This document shows, in pieces, positions 1 to 13,888 of a DNA stretch of 64,000 nucleotides. The stretch lies in NCBI GenBank assembly GCA_963693365.1, contig CAVNZM010000010.1, positions 4,214,159-4,278,158 of the forward strand. The letters are read 5' to 3'. The notes under the pieces were generated by a model. The model was given only the letters and a program-made list of their open reading frames with translations, did not search any database and was not told the DNA's origin. Position 1 is the first letter of the stretch. Every line of letters begins with the position of its first letter. This DNA is from Amoebidium appalachense. Taxonomy: Eukaryota > Protista > Ichthyosporea. Position numbers and translations under genes: made by a program.

Positions 1-298
1 AAAAGGCAGCCATGAGAAAAATAGACCCGCGGCCCGGCTGGCTCGTGACACATAGTGAGCGCAAATGATTTCAAATGCCCAAATACTATTTGAAGCGCTG
101 TTCGGAGCCTAAGAGGTTGGTTGGTGGAGAGATATGATAGTCATCGAGAGTCACGCAAGTAGGGCCTGGGAGTCCCCCCCCTCCCCCCCCCCCTCCCCTT
201 CCCCCTCAAACTTTGAACAACAACACACACGCACGCGGTTAATTTGCGGAGAGGGGCCAGGAGGGACTGGGTACCACACCCTCGAGCAGACTCTACAG

Positions 299-368
<70 letters not shown>

Positions 369-469
369 ACCCACCCACCCACCCACCCACGCACACACAT
401 ACACACAGTTAATTTGGGGAAAGGGGGGAGGGGGGAGTGGATGCCACCCCCTCAAGCAGGTGTGTGTCC

Positions 470-509
<40 letters not shown>

Positions 510-1117
510 TCCTGGGGCGGCCCCGCAACAGGAACGTAGGGAGCTCTTGGGTCAGGAGCAATAATCAGTGACTAACCTCTCTTCAACACAATTCATATCC
601 AAAAACCCTATGTATCCATGTGGGCATGGGCACATATATATGTAAAGACGTGCATGAACAAGAACGCGTTGTTTCAGCACACATAGACTGAGTGCAACTC
701 ATGGAGAAACAGATTAGTACATAGACACGCAAGAACACATACACACATGCGCACGAACACACACACACCCACACACACCCACAGAGCCGGAGAGAGAGGG
801 GGGGGGGGGGGGGGAGGGAGGGGGGGAACAGAGAGAGAGAAAGAAAGAGACAGAGAGAGGGCGGGAAGAGAGAGAGGTGACAGAGAGGGGGAGAGAGAGG
901 GGGGGGGGGGGGGGGGGGGGGGGAGAGAGAGAGAGATGTGCATGTGTGCAGGTGACACACCATGCGCATGCGCACACATGCCCGGACACATATACAAAAG
1001 CACTCACGCGCATGCGCGCATACGCATCCCCCCCCCCCCCTGACACACACACGTAAACACACGAACCGGCACACACGTAAAGACACACGTACACACACAC
1101 ACACACACACATACACA

Positions 1118-1192
<75 letters not shown>

Positions 1193-1429
1193 AGACACAG
1201 GCAGACACAGACAGACATTGCTAAGTACGCCTCATGGGCACACAGTCGGGAGTGTGTTTGAAAAAGCCACATGTTCCCGCAGCTGCAAGACCACCGCTCG
1301 TTGGAGTGTCCAGAAAATTTGTTTGTGTGGATAAGATCATGACGTGTTTGAAGCAATGTTTGAAGGGACTGCCTTATAGTAATTGGCCTTTTCTTTCATA
1401 ATACCATGAAAAAAGCCCCCCTCTCCCCC

Positions 1430-1460
<31 letters not shown>

Positions 1461-1812
1461 ACACGCACACACCCCCCTCCCCCGAGTCCCCCCCACACAC
1501 ACACACCATCCACCCCAAACAAACACAAGGCCAACCTCATCGACGAGCACTAGGTTAATAAAAAAACCAAGGTCCCACATAGGCTATGTTCCCCGAAAAA
1601 TTAGACCCTATTTTCAAAGTTCCCTTTCTTTTAAAATTTTCAGTCACCCCCTGCATTTAAATGAAATGCCCCTCGCCCCCTCCCCCACCCCTTTTCCCCC
1701 TCCTCTGCCTCACTTGCCTAATCAACAGTATTATGATGGCATAGTACTGGCAGGAGTCCGATGAATTGAAAGCCTACGTAGCAGCCCCCCAGCCCCCTCC
1801 CCCTCCCCCCCC

Positions 1813-1847
<35 letters not shown>

Positions 1848-2100
1848 TTTCCCCCACACACGCACAAGTACACAGCTCGTCCAGCCTGAGGGTTTTTTTT
1901 TTCTTTTCAATCAAGTTCTATCCGTGTCACGTGCCATAAGTAGAGAGCGTAACCTCACCCAATGTTCAACCTTACTAAGTTGTTTTATAAAAAATATATA
2001 AATAGCTGGCTACATAATAAAAGGCCGGGATATATCATCATCATGATATGATCACAGTCGGACAGCTAGTGACCATGCTATGTCCCGGGGGGGCCCGAGG

Positions 2101-2461
<361 letters not shown>

Positions 2462-2641
2462 CGACCACTCTCTCTCCTCCGCCCCCATTCTCTCCTCACT
2501 TACACACACACTCTCTCCCCTTCCCCGCCCCGCCGACTCTGGTGACAAAGCCCACTCATTCATAAGTCTGGTCCCCCCCCCCCCCCCCCCCCCCCATGGT
2601 GCACGTGCACCCCACGGTCCCCACCTGTCTACCCCACCCAC

Positions 2642-2685
2642 CCGAGTTTCTCATGCCACCTAATTAGGTGGCATGAGAAACTCGG
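2642..2685. repeat. Perfect 44-bp palindrome with no spacer, centred on TAATTA
   Basis: ccgagtttctcatgccacctaattaggtggcatgagaaactcgg is its own reverse complement. Confidence 0.95.
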
Positions 2686-3988
2686 CCACGGTGTAGGCTA
2701 CTTACTCGCAGCTCTGTCACGTGCAACGTGCGCGTTTTCGAATTCTCAGAATTCGAATGACATCATTGACTTGGCACGGTGGGCACCATGGGCCATGGCA
2801 TTTCAAAAGACGAGGCTGCCGCAGTAGCCGACGGCTACGACAGCCGGGCGTCCGGACGGCGGCCAATGTACGCGTCACTTTCACCAAATACATGTGTAGA
2901 CTGGAAACTGTGCGACAACCGATACAAATTAGTTGTACATGTAGGTAACCTGGTAACCAATGTATCAGCGCAGAACACAAAAAAACTCACCGCAGATTAT
3001 CAGAAAACACTCAGCGCAGACCGAGATAAACTACGACGATCGATATCACAGTCTCGGGTTGGCTGCCACAGTTTCAATGGTATGCAATGGCGGAATGTTT
3101 TTTATTGTGCAGCATACCAAGCATACCGTGGCGTAGACTAAAGGTGTGTGGCCACGGGCTTGTCTTTGGCGTTTGGAGCAAACGGGAAATATGAAAATAA
3201 ACTACACAGTAAGTGTTCCATAATTATAAGATCACAGTTCTATCTTTAATTTTTTTTTATTGAGCACATTTCGCCAAACTTACACCTACAATAAACGGCC
3301 TTTTGTGTGTCCAAGTTGCCGATCCCTGTACAGGCCTTGTTGTTGCCGAACTAACGGGCGATAATTTATAAGAAGTCCATTGGACCATTAGATCAGCTTT
3401 TATCAAGTTCATTTAAACCGTAAAATGATATTAGTTTTATAAAATCCATCAGAATGCGTTAACTGTTTTGTAAGTTGTTTTTAAACGAATTGCCCAATGA
3501 ACTTAAAAATATCGCCAATCAATGTAGCGTCTGGGTTGGCGCATTCCCTTTGCCCGCGGTTTAGATTTTCAAACTTCAACTCAAGGTGTAAACAACATAG
3601 ACCTACTGTTTACATGCATCCTACTTTTATTTTTGTGCATATAAACCCCTAAATCATCGGTTATTTAAATGGAAAAAAGGCCCATTATCTTCCATACACC
3701 TATCGTGGTGACTTCATGCTGCGAGACGAGATTCCAAAGCGGATCTTAGACGCGGACCTCGAATAGCTGTCAAATAAAGTAACTCGGTCCTTTCCTGGTG
3801 TATGGCCCTCACACCGTGACGAGTTCGGAAGCGGCGGGGTGACGGAACGTCGTTTTGCAAACATGCAAAGGAAGTAAACTCTCTCGGTATATATCGCTAT
3901 CGAACAGTACGGCGATATAGATTATTATAGTAGTTACTAGAATTATAAGGGTATACTATAGCTTAGATTCTAGCATATAACATTCAAC

Positions 3989-4435
3989 ATGGCTTTTTTC
4001 CTGCGGTTAGCGCTTCTGTGCGCCCTTCTGTTCACAGTAATTGAACACATATCAGCACAGGCCATACAACAGAAATTCAAGCACAAAAAATTCAAGGACC
4101 CAGACCCAGATGATGATGGTACAGACACTACTGAAGCTAGTGCAAGCCCCAGTTCAGGGAGCTCCACCGGGTTCCAAATGCAAGGGGTAACGAAAAAAAG
4201 ACAAAAAACACCTCGCGTTGAAGCGGAATATATCGTGAAGGTAAAGGACGTGAAGGCATTGCAGAATATGAGTTTGAAAATGGCAAACTTGAGGCGGAGG
4301 TTTTCCACCCTGAGTAAGGATAGCGGCGTGAAGGTACGAGCATTCCCCTCGCTAAGCAGTGCTATGTGTCCTGTTACTTGCTTCTTTCTTTTTCCCAGTG
4401 CATTTTTTCGCATGTGCCACAGCATGTGGGCGTAG

Positions 4436-4505
<70 letters not shown>

Positions 4506-4851
4506 TTGAGTATGTGTGTGCTTGCGCGCGCGCGCGTGCGCATGCGCGCATCATCGTCGTGTGTAAATTTGTGGGTGGGGGGTCTCGTGGTCTTTTACAT
4601 CAGCGCCGGATTTCTGTTGTGCCCACCTAAAGCTTCGTGTATGATGTCAAAATAATGGTGCTTATGGCATTTCGTTTTGTTTGTTTATTTCTTTTCTTAC
4701 TTTGAGAGTGATGTGTTTGTGTATGGTGTTCGCGTGTAAAACCTGTGCAAACTTGTGCAAGAAATTTTTGGGTCCAAGTTGAAGCAGTTCATGGTACAAT
4801 AACCTCACCTTCTCTTTTGATGTTGCCGAGGTTTTAATTGGTACTGCGGTT

Positions 4852-4883
<32 letters not shown>

Positions 4884-7021
4884 TGGGTTGTCCATCTCTG
4901 CATTTTGTAGAAAACACCTGAAGTTTTCATCGTAAATACAGATACTACTAGTTGTAATAGTGACTTTTTAATTTTTTCCTCGCTTTTCGGGCTTCATACC
5001 GGGACTGTCACATGTAAGGTTTCTAGAGATAAAAGGTGAGGTGGAGTGGGGCGGACCAGGTGGTGGTGGGAGGGAGGGAGGGAAGCGACAGTATGCTAAA
5101 TGTGGTGCTTAAACCTGCCAATTAATTCTACACGAGAACTCTATATTAACTCAACCGATATCTGTATTTCGTGGCATGCGGTCACTCGACGTAGGGCTGT
5201 GCATGCACCCATGCTCAACGGAGAACGAGACTCTGTGTGTTTTTGATCCGTTTGTTAAGACTGTTTTTTTATATATAAAAATTAATAATAAACCCCATAG
5301 GCTGCCTGTAGGCCCAAACTACCTATTGGCAGTTGAGTGACTCGTGGGCATTCAAGTTACACATGAATACAGAGTAACTGCGACCGAACTGAAACACCAT
5401 TCCAAGCTAAAATCACGCAGTTTGCATTGAACTCAACAAAAATCACACAGGTTACATTGAACTCGAATAAAACTTAAATCACACAGGTTGCATTGAACTA
5501 AATCTAAAATCACACAGGTTGGATTGAACTAAACTTAAAATCACACAGGTTGCATTTACGAAGCTGGGCATGGCCACAATCAAAGTCTCCTCAGACACTG
5601 CTCTTTCCGCTCTTTTGGATGACGATGAGTATGACCCCCCCCCCCCCCCCTCTCTCTCTTGACCAATCTTTTGTTCTTCAGAAAAAAAAATAAAAAGTGA
5701 GGGGTTACCTGAAAAACAAAACAAATGCATTTAAGAGGTCAAAGGCCCTTAGAATATTCTTTTTGATGTGTATGTATGTGTGTGCTTGTTTTGTTTGTTT
5801 GTTTGCTTGTTTTTTTTATTTTTTATTTTTTGTTTTTTTGTTTTTTTGGGGGGGGGGGGGGGGGGGAGGGGAGGCTGGTATAGATTTGCATTGGTAAGTC
5901 GTACACTTTGAGTAAAAACACGTGTACGGTGGCTTGGCCGTCCGGGTCCTTGGCAGCTATTGCTGGTGTTCGTGTTCGTGTCCGTGTTAATACCAATATT
6001 TATTAAAATTAAATTAAAAATATAATATCTCGTGTCTAATATGTATTAAATCAACTATGCCCCACAGTATTGTTTCGGCCACACCCAACCTTGTTTACAA
6101 TGCAACGGCTGCACCCGGCTGGGGTCTTGATCGCATCACCCAGAGATCTTCGGCCCTGCGTTCTGCTGCTACCGTGGCTGCACTCAACTCTGCCACCCCG
6201 GGCCAGAATGTCGATATGTATGATTCCCCCAACCACGTCTCCCCCCGGGCCCCCCCCCCTTCCCCCCCCCTTCTTCCCTTCCTGCAGCACGCACCCGCGC
6301 GCGTGCACACACACACACACACTGTGTCGCACACACGATGACCAGGTTCCGGGTCCATTTCTACAGGCGCAAACATATCAGTGGTTAGGGTCCCAAAAAC
6401 TCGTGATTTAGTCGGTGTAGCTTCTTCTTCTTTTTTTTTTTTTTTTTTTTTTGCTCGCCCAAAATCATGCACTCTCGCCGTGAAATAAAAGCTATTGTGG
6501 TTCTTAGAAACACGCAAGAACAAGGAAGAGAAACATCCCCCCCCCCCCCCCCCCCCCCACCACCACCACCACCACCACCACCACCACCAAAAAAAAAAAA
6601 ACTGCACATTTTTACACTGTATGGGAAAGAAAGAAACTTATGAAGAAAGGAAGGATAAATGAATTCTAACCCCCCCCCCCCCCTCCCCCCTCCCCCCGCT
6701 TCCCTGCACTTAACAGCTACATCGTGGACACGGGTGTAAGCAAACACAGTGAGCTGACGGACGCTTCTGGTGCGAGCCGTGTGTTTTGGGGTTACTACTA
6801 CACGGGAGATCTTTTCGGTGAATACATTTACAACGCCGGTGATGGGCGGGGCCACGGTACCCACGTTGCCGGTATCGCGGCGTCGAATTCGTACGGTCCG
6901 GCCAAGGGTGCAAGAATTATTTCTGTGCGCGTGCTGAATTCTCAGGGTGATGGAAGCACCGCGTCTATGCTCGGTGGTCTTCAGTGGGCTGTTGATACTG
7001 CTATGGCGTATGTTACTGCCG

Positions 7022-7054
<33 letters not shown>

Positions 7055-7621
7055 CCAAAAAAAAGGGATTGATAATAATAAAAAAGAACATTAAAATTAT
7101 CAATAATGATAATAAAAAAAACCAATAGCATTAGTAATAAGTAAATACATTTAAATCCTCCCGGGAGCCCATTACTTCCCCCTGCTTCATCGCTCTTTTT
7201 TTTTTTTTTTTTTTTTTTTTTGCCCGGCGCCACTATCTCAGGTTCTAATCTTTCGCCTCTTGCACCTTCAGAATATGGCGATTGCCCTAAAAATTAACTA
7301 TGAAAGTGAATTTTCCACACATTTGCTGACTTCTTTTCTCTATGCAGCAACCCCTCAAGAAAGTCCGTCATCAATCTTTCCATCGGGGGCGGCAACGACG
7401 AACCAATCAAAGCGCTTGTTGAAAAAGCCGTTGCAGCGGGAATCGCAGTTGTGACCGCGGCCGGAAATAGCGCCGTCGACGCATGCACCATCACCCCGGC
7501 AAACGCCCCCGGTGCAATTACTGTCGGAGCTACAAACTCCAATGATCGATTCGAAAAGTGGTATTCCAACTATGGCAGCTGCGTGGATGTGTTGGCTCCT
7601 GGAACGAGCATTGAGGTATGG

Positions 7622-7693
<72 letters not shown>

Positions 7694-7759
7694 TGTCTTT
7701 CCCATAGCTGCCATTTTGATTAAAAACAAAGAAGAAAGAAAAGGGAAAAAACAATATCT

Positions 7760-7791
<32 letters not shown>

Positions 7792-10700
7792 GCGCGGTGC
7801 GTGAACGCGAGTAACCGAGCGACTTTGCCGGGGTGTGGTGAAGGAGGATTGGAGGGGAGGAGAGGGGGGGGGAGGGGAGGATGATCGCTACTTAGTGCTC
7901 ACCGCACCAAACTTCTCCGCTCCGCACTCCATTGCCTCATATAGCCATTGTATAAATTCCAAGCGCATTCCACTGACCCGCACATGCACACAGTCGCTCA
8001 ACTATGTGGGTGGTGTGCGCAACATGACAGGCACCAGCATGGCCTGCCCGTTTGTGTCCGGGAGTGTGGCCGTGGCCTGGAGCATGTACCCCAAAATGAG
8101 CCTGCCCTCGGTATGTATCCTCCTTCCTTCACGTTACCTAATCAATCAACTTCAAAACATAAATAGGTAGGCGACTGTTTTCGCATTCGCCATACAGCAT
8201 GAGCAAAAGCTCTGGCTAAACACCTTAATCAACTGCAAAACATTTGACTGAGCAATACAAAAAGCTAACATACAGAAAAAGACTCAACCGACTCGAATTC
8301 TCCACAAAGCTTATAATATATCCAGGAATACATCCCCCTCCCCCCCCCCCCCCCCCCGGGGAGGGCCCCTCAACCTCACGCACTGCCCTTTCTCAAGGAA
8401 AATTTCCTGGTCTCTTAGAAATCTTGATTGATTTTCCTCCTTCTATCAACACGATTCCCTTACCTCTTCTAAAAACCTAATTCTCGCCTTCACAGATCAC
8501 GTCCTTCCTCCTGTCCAAAGCCACCACCATCAACGCTGTTGTCCCGGCCAACACCACAACCAAACTCATCTACTCCGGCCCCGAACTCACCACCACCGCT
8601 TGCTCCAGCAGCCCATGCCTCAACGGCGGCAGCTGCGAACCCGACGGTGTCGGCTACAATTGCACGTGCGGAAACGGGTACACGGGTACAAATTGCGAAG
8701 TTGCACCCAACCCATGCGGATCAAGCCCGTGCCTTAACAACGCCACGTGCACCAACGTGGGTGTCAACTTCACCTGTTCGTGCGTTAAGGGTTACACGGG
8801 CACCGTTTGCGACACCCCTCCCAACCCGTGCGGTTCGAACCCGTGCCAGAACGGAGCAAGCTGCGTTAACGACGGCGAGCAGTACACGTGCTCGTGTCTC
8901 GTTGGGTACACCGGCGCCAACTGCGAAACGAAGATTGACTACTGCGCGTCGAACCCGTGCAAGAACGGCGCGTCGTGCGCGAGCACGGACACCGGGTTTG
9001 TTTGCACGTGCGTCAACGGCTATCGCGGTTCCATTTGCGATAGCGAGCCGGATCCGTGCCTTTCCAACCCCTGTCAGAACGGCGCCAGTTGCATGAAAAC
9101 TTCCACCACAGCGTACACATGCAGTTGCGCGCAGGGGTACACAGGCGCAAAGTGCGAGAATAAGATTAATTTCTGCGCGTCGGCCCCTTGCCTGAACAGC
9201 GGCAAATGCACGTCGGAGCTTACTGGCCCCGTGTGCACGTGCGTCAACGGCTACAACGGTACCTTGTGCGAGGTCGAACCAAACCCGTGCGATTCCTCGC
9301 CGTGCCAGAACGATGCTCTGTGCGAGAAGATTTCCGCCACCGAACGCCTGTGTATTTGCCAGGAAGGGTACTCCGGGGACAACTGCGAGATTGCACCCAA
9401 CCCATGTGGTTCCAGCCCTTGCCAAAATGGTGGAAAATGCGCCAACAACGACCTTGATTACACGTGCACGTGCCCCGCAACGTACACCGGGACCGATTGC
9501 CAGACACAGATTCTCCCGTGCGATTCGCAACCGTGCAAGAACGGTGGCGTCTGCACAAACGGAATCGACAATATCGGCTACAGTTGCGCGTGCGCCGCCG
9601 GGTACACAGGTAAATCGTGCGAGGTTGCCCCCAACCCATGCAGTTCCGCTCCGTGCAAGAACGGCGCGACGTGCACCAACGCTGGAACGTCGTTCACGTG
9701 CGGGTGCACCAACGGCTACACGGGTAACTTCTGCGAGATTGCGCCCAACCCGTGCGGGTCCAACCCATGCAAGAACAATGCCACGTGCACCAACAACGGC
9801 ACTCTCTTCACGTGCACGTGTGTCAACGGATACACCGGCGCTCTCTGTGGCGACGCACCTAACCCATGCGGTTCGTCTCCTTGCAAGAACGGCGGTAAAT
9901 GCACAAACAACGGCACCCTCTTCACGTGCACGTGTGTTAACGGATACACCGGTGCTCTGTGTGGCGACGCACCTAACCCATGCGGCTCCAACCCGTGCCA
10001 GAACTCCGGCTCCTGCGTCAACAACGGAACCAACTACAATTGCAAGTGCATCAATGGGTATACTGGCACCAACTGCCAAACCGCACCAAACCCATGCGCG
10101 TCCGCACCGTGTTTGAACGGCGCGACGTGCACAAACAGCGGCACCTCGTACACATGCGCCTGCGTCAACGGTTATACGGGCGCCACGTGCAGCGTTGCTC
10201 CCAACCCTTGCGGCTCGGCCCCATGCAAGAACGGCGCGACATGCGCCAACAACGGCACTGAATATGTTTGCCGATGCATAAACGGGTACACCGGAACCAC
10301 GTGCGACACCCCACCCAACCCGTGCGGCTCTTCGCCATGCAAAAACGGGGCCAAGTGCACAAACAGTGGCATCAACTATATCTGCTCATGCGTCAACGGA
10401 TATACGGGCACTACGTGCACCACGCCCCCTCCCGCCTGCTACTCGAACCCGTGTGCCAACGGTGGCATCTGTGTCAACGCCGCCAACGTGCTCACGGGTT
10501 TTGTTTGTAAGTGTCCGATCGGGTGGACCGGTCCTACGTGTAGCACCGAGCTCATCCCCTGCCAGCCATCGCCGTGCAAGAACAACGGCACGTGTACTCC
10601 CAGCACAACCACAAGCACCGGCGTCACGTGTACGTGCCCGACCGGATACTCGGGTGCGTTTTGCGAAATCGCGCCGAACGCGTGCACGTCCGGGCCATGC

Positions 10701-12225
10701 AAGAACGGCGGTACTTGCTCTCTTTCGAGCACTAGCAACACCGGCTACAAGTGCACGTGCGCAAACTACTACACCGGCCCGACGTGCGAAGTCGAGCCCA
10801 ACCCGTGCGGTTCTAACCCGTGCTACAACGGCGGGTCGTGCACAAACACCGGTCCCACGACGTACAAGTGTGCTTGCATCAACGGATACAGTGGACTTCA
10901 GTGCAGAGTGGAACCTAACCCATGCGCTTCCGGCCCGTGCAAGAACGGCGGCAAATGCACAAACACGGGGAACAACACGTATTCGTGTGCTTGTATCAAC
11001 AACTTCTCCGGCCCCAATTGCGGCATCGAGCCCGTCAACGCGTGTCTCTCCAACCCGTGCAAGAACTCCGGAAAGTGCACAAACTCTTTCGGCGTGTTTA
11101 AGTGCGAGTGCACTTCCGGATGGACAGGCAGCACGTGCGAGGCGAGCATGTGCGCGGGTGCTCCTTGCCAAAACGACGGCACATGCGGCACCGTTTTGTT
11201 CCTCGGCCTCTCCTTCCCGACGTGTGCGTGCGTCAACGGCTACACTGGGAGATACTGCGAGGAACCGCCCAAGAACCCATGCGGGAATCCGTGGCCTTGG
11301 AGCAACCCGTGCAAGAACGGCGGCATGTGCCGCGCCGGCGTCGGTGTGAACTTCACGTGCATATGCCCCATGACGTTCTCCGGTGCTCTTTGCGAAAACA
11401 AGATCAACGTGTGCGATGCCAAACCGTGCCAGAACGGCGGACAGTGCACTGAAAACAAAAACTACAAATCAGGATACACGTGCAAGTGCGTCAATGGGTT
11501 CAGCGGGTATACGTGTTCTACCCCGGCCCCGGATGCGTGTGCCGACGGCTCTTGCAGGACTTTCTCTTCCAACCTGATATGGTCTTTGAATCAGAACACC
11601 GGCGCCGAGATTGACACTTCTTCTTTGTCCACCAGCGTGATGGTATTTGCCCCCTCCCCCCCCCCCCTCCCCCCACTAAAAATAATAGTAGTAATAATAA
11701 TAAAATGAAAATAAAAAACATTAAAAAAAAACACACAAACACACACCACACGCACAAAGAAAGAGGGGGGTGGAATGGCAGATGGGGAGACCGAAACACA
11801 CATTACACGTAGAGAGCAAGAGATTGGGGCGGAGGGTGGAAGAAAAGAGAGAGAGAGAGATCGAAAGAGACAGAGACTAAGACTGCTCCCCGCCCCTATC
11901 TTAGCGCAACAAGCAGAAATGCTTCCCCTCCCCTGCAACTTTATTCAGACCACTAACCATCCCCCACCCACTTCAGGCAACATTCTACTACAGCGGCGCT
12001 GGCGGCTCCACGTTGCTCCTTGTCGGCAAACCCAACGGCGCCTGGTGGGACCGCATTGTGTTCTCTCAAAACATTGGAAATTCGGTGGGCCTTAACCTTC
12101 TGACCATGAAGACTTGCCTGCCGCCGGGCAAATACCGTTTTGGCGTGCAGTACCTTAACTATAACCAGGCACCGTACACGCTCATTGTCCCTCCTACTCG
12201 GTCATTCCAGCCTTGCGGCCGTTAG
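3989..12225 (+). CDS. Secreted proteinase K-like S8 subtilase (signal peptide, I9-like prodomain) fused to 25 EGF-like repeats and a ~120-aa C-terminal domain; ~1548 aa, 8 exons
   Basis: Phase-consistent GT-AG exons: 3989-4333, 5549-5628, 6068-6217, 6717-7007, 7348-7615, 7994-8110, 8496-11642, 11977-12225. N-terminus MAFFLRLALLCALLFTVIEHISA is signal-like. Motifs: WGLDRI, catalytic Asp (YIVDTG), His (GHGTHVAG), oxyanion Asn (AAGN), Ser (GTSMACP). 25 six-Cys EGF units counted in exon 7. Confidence 0.92.
5408..5560 (+). repeat. Five tandem ~31-bp copies of a 3' splice site plus exon start
   Basis: aaatcacacag|gttgcattgaact repeated, with AG ending at 5420, 5450, 5486, 5517 and 5548 (functional). 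Confidence 0.85.
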
Positions 12226-12551
12226 AGTATATGTGGCAAATGTGTAGCAGCCAAACAGGAAAATAATAGTATATTGATATGCATGCACAATATATGGCTA
12301 ATTTAGTTCATGAAAGTGTTGCCTTAGTAAGGCATGAGCACTGTAACTAAATCAATCTTTCTTTCTTTTTTTTGCATTTCTTTTCATAAAACTTTCCTTT
12401 TCTTTCATTCCTTTCTTCGTCTTCTTCTTCCCTAACTGATTTTTTCATGTACTCTGAGAAGCTCTGTGAGCATGAAGTAAAAACCCTCTGTGCTGGGTCG
12501 TAGCCTACCTCAGCATGACTGTGCCCAATTACACCAACCTCGTTTCGATGA

Positions 12552-12589
<38 letters not shown>

Positions 12590-12949
12590 CCCCGCCCCCC
12601 CAACACACACACACACACACACACACACACCCGAGTACACACACACACAGACCCATCGAACCCCATCCCACCACAGGCGCGTTGCCCGCCTTGTTCACTA
12701 GGGGGGGGGGGGGGGGTTAATAAGGGGGGATTGCCATCAGTCTCATCAGGGGATCATGCCATCATGGCGACGAGTTAACATGTTGATTCAAGTAGCTTGA
12801 GGAGCCGGGCCAGTTTGGACAGAAATAATACCGATATCCGGGTTCCGGATCCGGAACTCTTCCTCCTCAGACGGTCCCCTCCCCCCTCCCCACCTCTGCC
12901 CCCTTCCCCCCCCCCCCCCCCCCCCCCTCCCCCCCCTCCTCCTCCCCCC

Positions 12950-13004
<55 letters not shown>

Positions 13005-13075
13005 ACCACCACCACCACCATCACCACCACCACCACACACACACACACATGCACACACACACACACACACACACA

Positions 13076-13108
<33 letters not shown>

Positions 13109-13888
13109 TGAAAGACACCAATTTTTCCAGCCGAATAACCGAGGGGCCCTGGAGTGCAGCCCGCAGATGGCAAAGTTGGTGGCCATGTCCATGGCCATCA
13201 CCCAGGCCATGTTCGTATCGATTCCGTGCAATCCATTTCGACAGGGCATGAATGATGAATGTCACAAAGTGTGTGGGTAGATCTTCGCACAAAAATACGG
13301 CATAAAAATATATGAATCCTTGGCTGGAATGAATATCATCTTAGAGCCAGACGCAAAAATGCACATGACTTAAAAACACGTGCGGCCGCCCCAACTTCAA
13401 AAAGCTCCTGAGAAAGCCACGCGTGTGGAACTCAGTCACGTTCTGCTCCAAAAAACGCGCTGGTTGGTGGAGACTTCACCGCTCATTTTTTGAGCACGGC
13501 TTCTGATTGGTGTTTCATCACTCGTGACGTCACTGAACGCATATTATTGGTCTAGCGTGAACCGCCCCGGAGCCACCTGTCAACCTCAGTCTATCAACCC
13601 CTACTTGGCAAGGTTCAGTTGTACAGCAAGCAAGAACGTACATAACTGTAATAAAAGTGATAGGAGTTGTATAGAAAATCACAAAGACACACATAGTAAT
13701 AAAATGACGGTAGCTCTGTAGGGAGGGCTGTGCAGAAACATATGTATGTATGTGTACAGGTGTGTGTATGTGTGTGTGGTCGTGCGAAGTTTTCGCTGTT
13801 TTAAATGTTCGGTGGCTTGGCCATTCTCCAGAGTTCAAAGGCAACTTCATGAAGCCTTGAAAGGACACAATAAAGTAATAAACACAAA

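Noticed and set aside
2779-3141. 120-aa ORF next to the palindrome
   Set aside because: No recognisable motif or splice support.
8721-11349. Long antisense and alternate-frame ORFs (452, 327, 267, 261 aa) over the EGF exon
   Set aside because: Shadows of a GC-rich repetitive coding exon with no motifs of their own.
8757-11708. Notch, Delta or Crumbs orthologue, or Notch split into EGF and ankyrin genes
   Set aside because: No LNR, NOD, DSL, LamG or TM segment. The EGF gene ends at stop 12225 and the ankyrin gene has its own start.
12460-13300. Coding-looking islands between C-runs
   Set aside because: I could not assemble a phase-consistent ORF or recognise homology on either strand.
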